Origin: Prorocentrum cordatum
Taxonomy: Eukaryota
Assembly: GCA_963575745.1 (NCBI GenBank)
Contig: CAUYUJ010000135.1
Span: 1-64,000 of the forward strand
Direction: 5' to 3'
DNA length: 64,000 nucleotides
Part shown: piece after piece, positions 59,279 to 64,000 of the stretch
How positions within the stretch are numbered: the stretch's first letter is position 1
Layout: the number at the start of each line of letters is the position of its first letter
The notes under the pieces: generated by a model
What the model was told of the DNA's origin: nothing
Seen by the model: only the letters and a program-made list of their open reading frames with translations
Database searches by the model: none
Translations under genes and position numbers: made by a program

Positions 59279-59316
59279 CCTCCACGTTGGCGCCGTCGGC
59301 TATGGCGAGGAGGAAC
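59279..59316 (-). CDS. Gene A 38-nt micro-exon: (R)FLLAIADGANVE(G)
   Basis: GAG|G acceptor (phase 2) and G|GT donor (phase 1) bridge the 62385 and 55029 exons exactly in frame; GC-rich third positions. Confidence 0.7.
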
Positions 59317-59949
59317 CTCGAGCGGGAGGATATGACGCGCATGGTACGATGAGGGGGGGAGGAAGGGGAGGAGAATGAGGAGGGCGAGGGGGAGTGGAAA
59401 GTGAGAAGGAAGACGAGGAGGAGGGGATGGAGGAGCAGGGAGAAGAAGGCGGCGGAGGAGGAGAGAAGAGAGAAGGGCGGGGAGGAGGAGGAGGAGGAGG
59501 AGGAGGAGGAGGAGAAGGAGGAGGAGGAAGAGGACGAGGAGAAGGACAAGGAGCCAGAGAAGGACGAGGACGAGGAGAGAGGAGCGAGGAGGAAGCGGAG
59601 GAGGGTGGGGAGGAGGGTGGAAGGAGGAAAGGAGCACAAGGAGAAGAGGGGAGAGGAGAAGGAGAGAGGGAGGAGAAGGAGAAGGAGAAGGAGAAGGGGA
59701 AGGAGGCGGAGGGCGGGGAGGAAGCGAGGAAGAGAGGGAGGCGGAGAGGGAAGGGTACGCGGGGGAGAGCGAAGAGGAGCAGGATGAGGAGCAGGAGGAG
59801 GGATCAAAGCAGGAGGAGGAAGGGGATGAGAGCAGAGCAGAACAAAGGTTACGGAGGAACATGATCGACCCACGAACCCTGAAAGGGATTGAGAACTGCG
59901 AGGCATGGTACCGTTTCTAAGGACCTCAATTGCATATCCAATTGGGTGA

Positions 59950-60210
59950 TGCCAGGGGGGCATGCCAGGGGGACGCGCCGCAGAACGTCCCAAGGGACGC
60001 GCCAGGGGACGTGCCAGGGAACGTGCCAGGGGACGCGCTACGGAACGTGACAATGGACGTGCCACGGGACGTGCGAGGGGACGCGCCGCGCGACGTGCCA
60101 GGGGGACTCGCCACGGGACGCGCCACGGAACGTGTCAGGCAACGTGCCAGGGGACGTGCCAAGGAACGCGTTAGGGAACGTGCCACGGGACGTGACACGG
60201 GACGGCGCTC
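59950..60210. repeat. (GGGACGTGCCAn)-type 12-bp repeat; related block at 56090-56230
   Basis: Direct reading. Confidence 0.8.
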
Positions 60211-60339
60211 CCAGGCAAGCACCATCTTCTGCTCCAAAAGCGCGGCCTGCCTCCCCCCCCGCCCTCCCCCCCCCTCAGACACTACGGAGTTAGAAAGGTG
60301 CAGAGCACGGCGGACCCATGAACGAAGCCACCACGGCGG

Positions 60340-61235
60340 GACGCGCTGCCACGGCCACGATCTCGTGTAAGTTGGCGCTGCGCCCGCGCCCCCTGAGCTA
60401 CGATCACTCGTAAACTGCGCTGCGCCCGCGCTCCCAAGAAAACGATCCATCGTAGATCACGCGGCGTCCGCGCTCCCAGGGCCGCGATCCCTCGTAAGTT
60501 ACGCGGGAGTCACGCTCTCAAGGCCACGGTCGATCGACAATTACACTGGATTCGCGCTCCGAGGGCAATGATCCCTTGGAGTTGACGCACGATTCACACT
60601 CGCGGGCCACAGTCCATTGTAAATTGTTTGAAGGGGCCCCAGGACACACAAATAAATACACGCAAATAAAAATATTCCCCATATTTCCCATATTTTCTGG
60701 GTTTCTGTCTTCCCCCCCACTTCCCATATTCTCCCATATTTTCAGGGGAATCGACGATTAATTGTGTCTGTGTGTGTTTCTTTCCCTCCTGATTGTCATG
60801 GGTTCGAGCTCCGAGGGCCACGATCCCTTATAAATTACGCCGGGCTCGCGCTCTCAGGGCCACGATCTTTTGAAAATAACACTGCGTCCGCGCCAGCAGG
60901 GCCACGATCCCTCGGCAATTACGCCGTGTCCGCGCCCCCAGGGGCAGGATCTCTAATGCTTCACGCTGTGTCCGCCCCCCCAGGGCCACGATCCCTCGTA
61001 AATGACGCTGCGTCCGCGCTCCCGGGGCCACGATCCATCGCAAAGTATGCTGCGTCCGCGCTCCCAGGGCCTCGATCCACCGTTAAAGTACGCTGCGTCC
61101 GCTCTCCTTGGGCCACGATCCCTGGTAAACTACGCTGCATCCGCGCTCCCAGGGCCGCGCTCCCGGGTGAATTACGCTGTGTCCGCGCTGCCAGGGCCGC
61201 GCGTCTGAGTAAATGACGCTGTGACCGCGCTCCCA
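60340..61235. repeat. Satellite of about 42 bp (CCAGGGCCACGATCCCTCGTAAATTACGCTGCGTCCGCGCTC); degenerate array also at 36400-36605
   Basis: Direct reading; interrupted by the 170-bp dispersed repeat at 60630-60792. Confidence 0.85.
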
Positions 61236-62384
61236 GAGCCACTTGGGCATCCTGGGGCGCCCAGGCCGCTCAGGTTCTGCAAAAGAATCGTCTCGCTCGA
61301 GACATCCTCAGATATTCGGCGCGCAGGGCGCGCCTTCCTCGATCGGGCACGCATTAAGTTTATGTTTGTTTCAATGCTTTGCCAAAGTTCTAAGCCTCCA
61401 GACCTCGTGTTTTATCACGGATTCTGCGCAAAACGCTCCGCACCCCCGTTTTTTTAACAAGGGAAAACGTGTCTGCGGACCCCGTGATCTGTCGTGGATC
61501 CGAGATAGGGGGAATATTTTCATCGAGCGGACACGCGCGAAACGCATGTAAAAAACATCCGACTTCACCGTGCTATATATCACAAACTATTCCGCCGGCA
61601 CATTTTAAGTCGATTCCGGGGGTGAACCCACCAAAAGGGAACCCTGGGCCTAAGCCATTTCCGGGAAAAACAATGCTGTCAAAGGGACGTCACGGAGGGG
61701 AGCCAGCAGGACCGGACTGGAGGGAACGGTTGTATCGTCCCTCGTCCTTCTCCTCTTTCTCCTCCTTCCCATTATCATCTTCCTTATCCTTCTCATCCTT
61801 CACCATGATCATCGTCATCATCAACAGCAGCACTATCGTCATCATCACCACCATCAGCATCGCCACATTCATACTTATCAGTCTCCGTTGTCATTATCAT
61901 CAGCATGATTATTATCAACATCGTCGTCGCCGTCGTCATTACCATCGTCATCAACACCACCACCGCAACCATCATCATGTGTATCGTGATCATCCTCGTT
62001 CTCATCAGAATCGGTTTCTGGTCATTGTATTCGTCTTCCTCCTCCTCCTCCACCTCCTCATACCTAAAATCCATCACGTCTTGCTTCTCCATCCTTCATC
62101 TGTCACCCCGTGTCCTCCCTATCCCTCCTGCCCCCCACCACCACAGTCATCATCGCCATCATCCACTCCTCCTCCTCCTCCTCCTCCTCCTCCTCCTCCT
62201 CCCCCTCCTCCTCCTCCTCCGCCGCCTCGGCCTCCTCCTCCTCCTCCGCCGCCTCGGCCTCCGCCTCCTCCTCCGCCTCCTCCTCATACTCCCTCCTCCT
62301 CCTCCTCCTCCTCCTCCTCCTCCTCCTCCTCCTCCTCCTCCTCCTCCTCCTCCTCCTCCTCCTCCTCCTGGAGGCCCGATGAGC

Positions 62385-62500
62385 CTCAAGGCCTCGAAGA
62401 CGGCGCAGAGCACTATCAGCATGGCCTTGGAGCGGGTGCCCACCCGCCACGCGATCCAGCTGTGGAGCGCCGGGTTCCAGCGCCTCGGATGCCCGGGAGC
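62385..62500 (-). CDS. Gene A (tandem nucleotide-sugar transporter), first supported exon: APGHPRRWNPALHSWIAWRVGTRSKAMLIVLCAVFEAL(R)
   Basis: CAG|G acceptor and AG|GC donor in phase 2, matching the 59316 exon. The hydrophobic helix aligns with YALVVFYVISDAGR at the start of domain 2. An alternative in-frame acceptor exists at 62533. Start codon not found. Confidence 0.7.
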
Positions 62501-62515
62501 CTGCCGGAGCAGGGG

Positions 62516-62900
62516 CCGACCCTCCTGGCACGCCTATAGTCCTACTACGAAATGTTCCTGGAACCCCAACTTGTTCGAAGAACAAAAACTGACTACCTAC
62601 CAGACCACCCCAACCCAACCCGAAGGCCCGAATTTCGGGTTGGGGGGGGTAAGGGTTCCATACGTGTTTTTTCGACGTTCCCGGACCCACCCCCACTGGA
62701 AATCGAGGGTAAATCTGAGCCTTCGGGTTGGGTTGGGGTGGTTTGGTGGGTGGTGAAAAACAAGGTTCTCATAACATAAGCCCGATGTGTTAAAAAACAA
62801 GACACTCCCAGCCAGAAATGTTCGAATAACATCTCGTGCAGACCACAGAAGGTTCTTTGACAGGCCTACAGGTGAGCCAGGACGCTTCGCCACTGCTTGA
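62516..62900. mobile_element. CCTAYAGG-family TIR element containing a hairpin insert (62599-62747)
   Basis: Homologous to 45666-46032; the insert has a perfect 24-bp inverted repeat at 62604-62627 / 62719-62742. Confidence 0.7.
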
Positions 62901-63210
62901 CCTGCAGCCCCGATCGGTCAGTCTGAACCAGATTTCCCGGCCGGCCAAACCGGACAAGGAGGAGGGACAAAAGTAACAGTAGCAGCTATCGTACTGGAAA
63001 GAAGCGCGACGACGGAAAGGAAGAAAAAGGAGGAGGGAGCAGGAAGAAGGGCAAGGAGGATCTCTCGTCCAGCGCAGCGGACACACGTTTCCCCCACGTC
63101 CCGTCGTCAGGCCAGGCCTTGCACGTGCACGAGAGCGAAATCCGCCGACCCTGTCGGCGTGTGGAAGATGCTTTTCCGTTCGTCGTGAACGTCGTCGTCG
63201 TCGTCGCCGC

Positions 63211-63262
<52 letters not shown>

Positions 63263-63272
63263 GCTCTTCCGT

Positions 63273-63322
<50 letters not shown>

Positions 63323-63569
63323 CTCCCGTCAGGCGCGCCAGCCAAAGCGAAACCAAAGCGAAATCGAGCAACGTCGTAGCTGAGTCGAAGGCAAAGCGAA
63401 ATTGAGCAAGTCGTAGCTGAGTCGAAGGGAAGCCCCTTCCCTTTGATCCCTTCCCCGCCAAGGGGGGGTGGGGTGGGGGGGGGGGGGGGGGGGGGGAATC
63501 CCCGGGGGGGGGTCCCGGGGGGGGGGGGGGGGGGGGGGGAGGGGGGGGGGGGGGCAGATACGCATCCCC

Positions 63570-64000
63570 CCCGGGATGTCCCGGGACCTAGAAAAGCCCC
63601 CAGACTGGCCAAGAGTGCCCCAAGAGGCTGCCAAGACGGCTCCAGAGGGCCCCGAATCGCCGAACCATCGGTCGAAGACGCCAAAGTAGCCTCCAGACGG
63701 CCCAAAGAGATTGCCAAGACGCTCCAAGAAGTCTCCAAGAGCACTCCCAAGAGGGCACGAAGAGGGAAAATCAATGATTTCCTTGCAGTTTTTGACAGAT
63801 TTTGGCGTTCTCGCCGTTTCAACTTGCCGACGCTCCAAGACGGCCCCAGATGCCCCCAAGATTGCCCCAAGATAGCCCAAGAGGCCTCAAGAGAGCCCCA
63901 AAATGACCCAAGAGAGCCTCAAGACCGCCCAAGATGCCTCCAAGATGGCCCCAGAGGCTCCCCAAACGGCTCCAACAGGGTGCCCAGACGGGGGGCCCGA
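63570..64000 (+). mobile_element. CCAAGA-rich repeat, truncated by the window edge
   Basis: Same motifs as the other copies. Confidence 0.75.

Noticed and set aside
59274..59343. Plus-strand exon reading ATLHVGAVGYGEEEPRAGGYDAH
   Set aside because: Antisense shadow of the minus-strand micro-exon, which fits both of its neighbours.

Overview
Eukaryotic, microsatellite-saturated DNA. GC/GA splice donors, AG|G acceptors, tiny exons in kb-scale introns and two co-oriented genes suggest a dinoflagellate, possibly Prorocentrum-like (inference). Almost all ORFs in the track are translations of simple repeats. Joining short unique islands by splice phase recovers two minus-strand genes. Gene A (about 62.5-47.4 kb, at least 7 exons, about 805 aa, 5' end unresolved) encodes two tandem SLC35/EamA-type nucleotide-sugar transporter domains. 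Gene B (34.4-6.7 kb, 6 well-supported micro-exons, probably running off the left edge) encodes a TPR-like helical repeat protein, and all six of its donors are GC or GA. Intron ends repeatedly copy the adjacent exon sequence (up to 43 nt), and one 180-nt in-frame insert has no usable AG. Introns are packed with (TAC)n, (CAT)n and (CCT)n tracts, 42-48 bp satellites, and several nested TIR/foldback mini-elements, including a MITE family with 8-bp target-site duplications. No rRNA, tRNA, CRISPR array or transposase was seen. All gene models are manual and lack transcript support; repeat coordinates are approximate.
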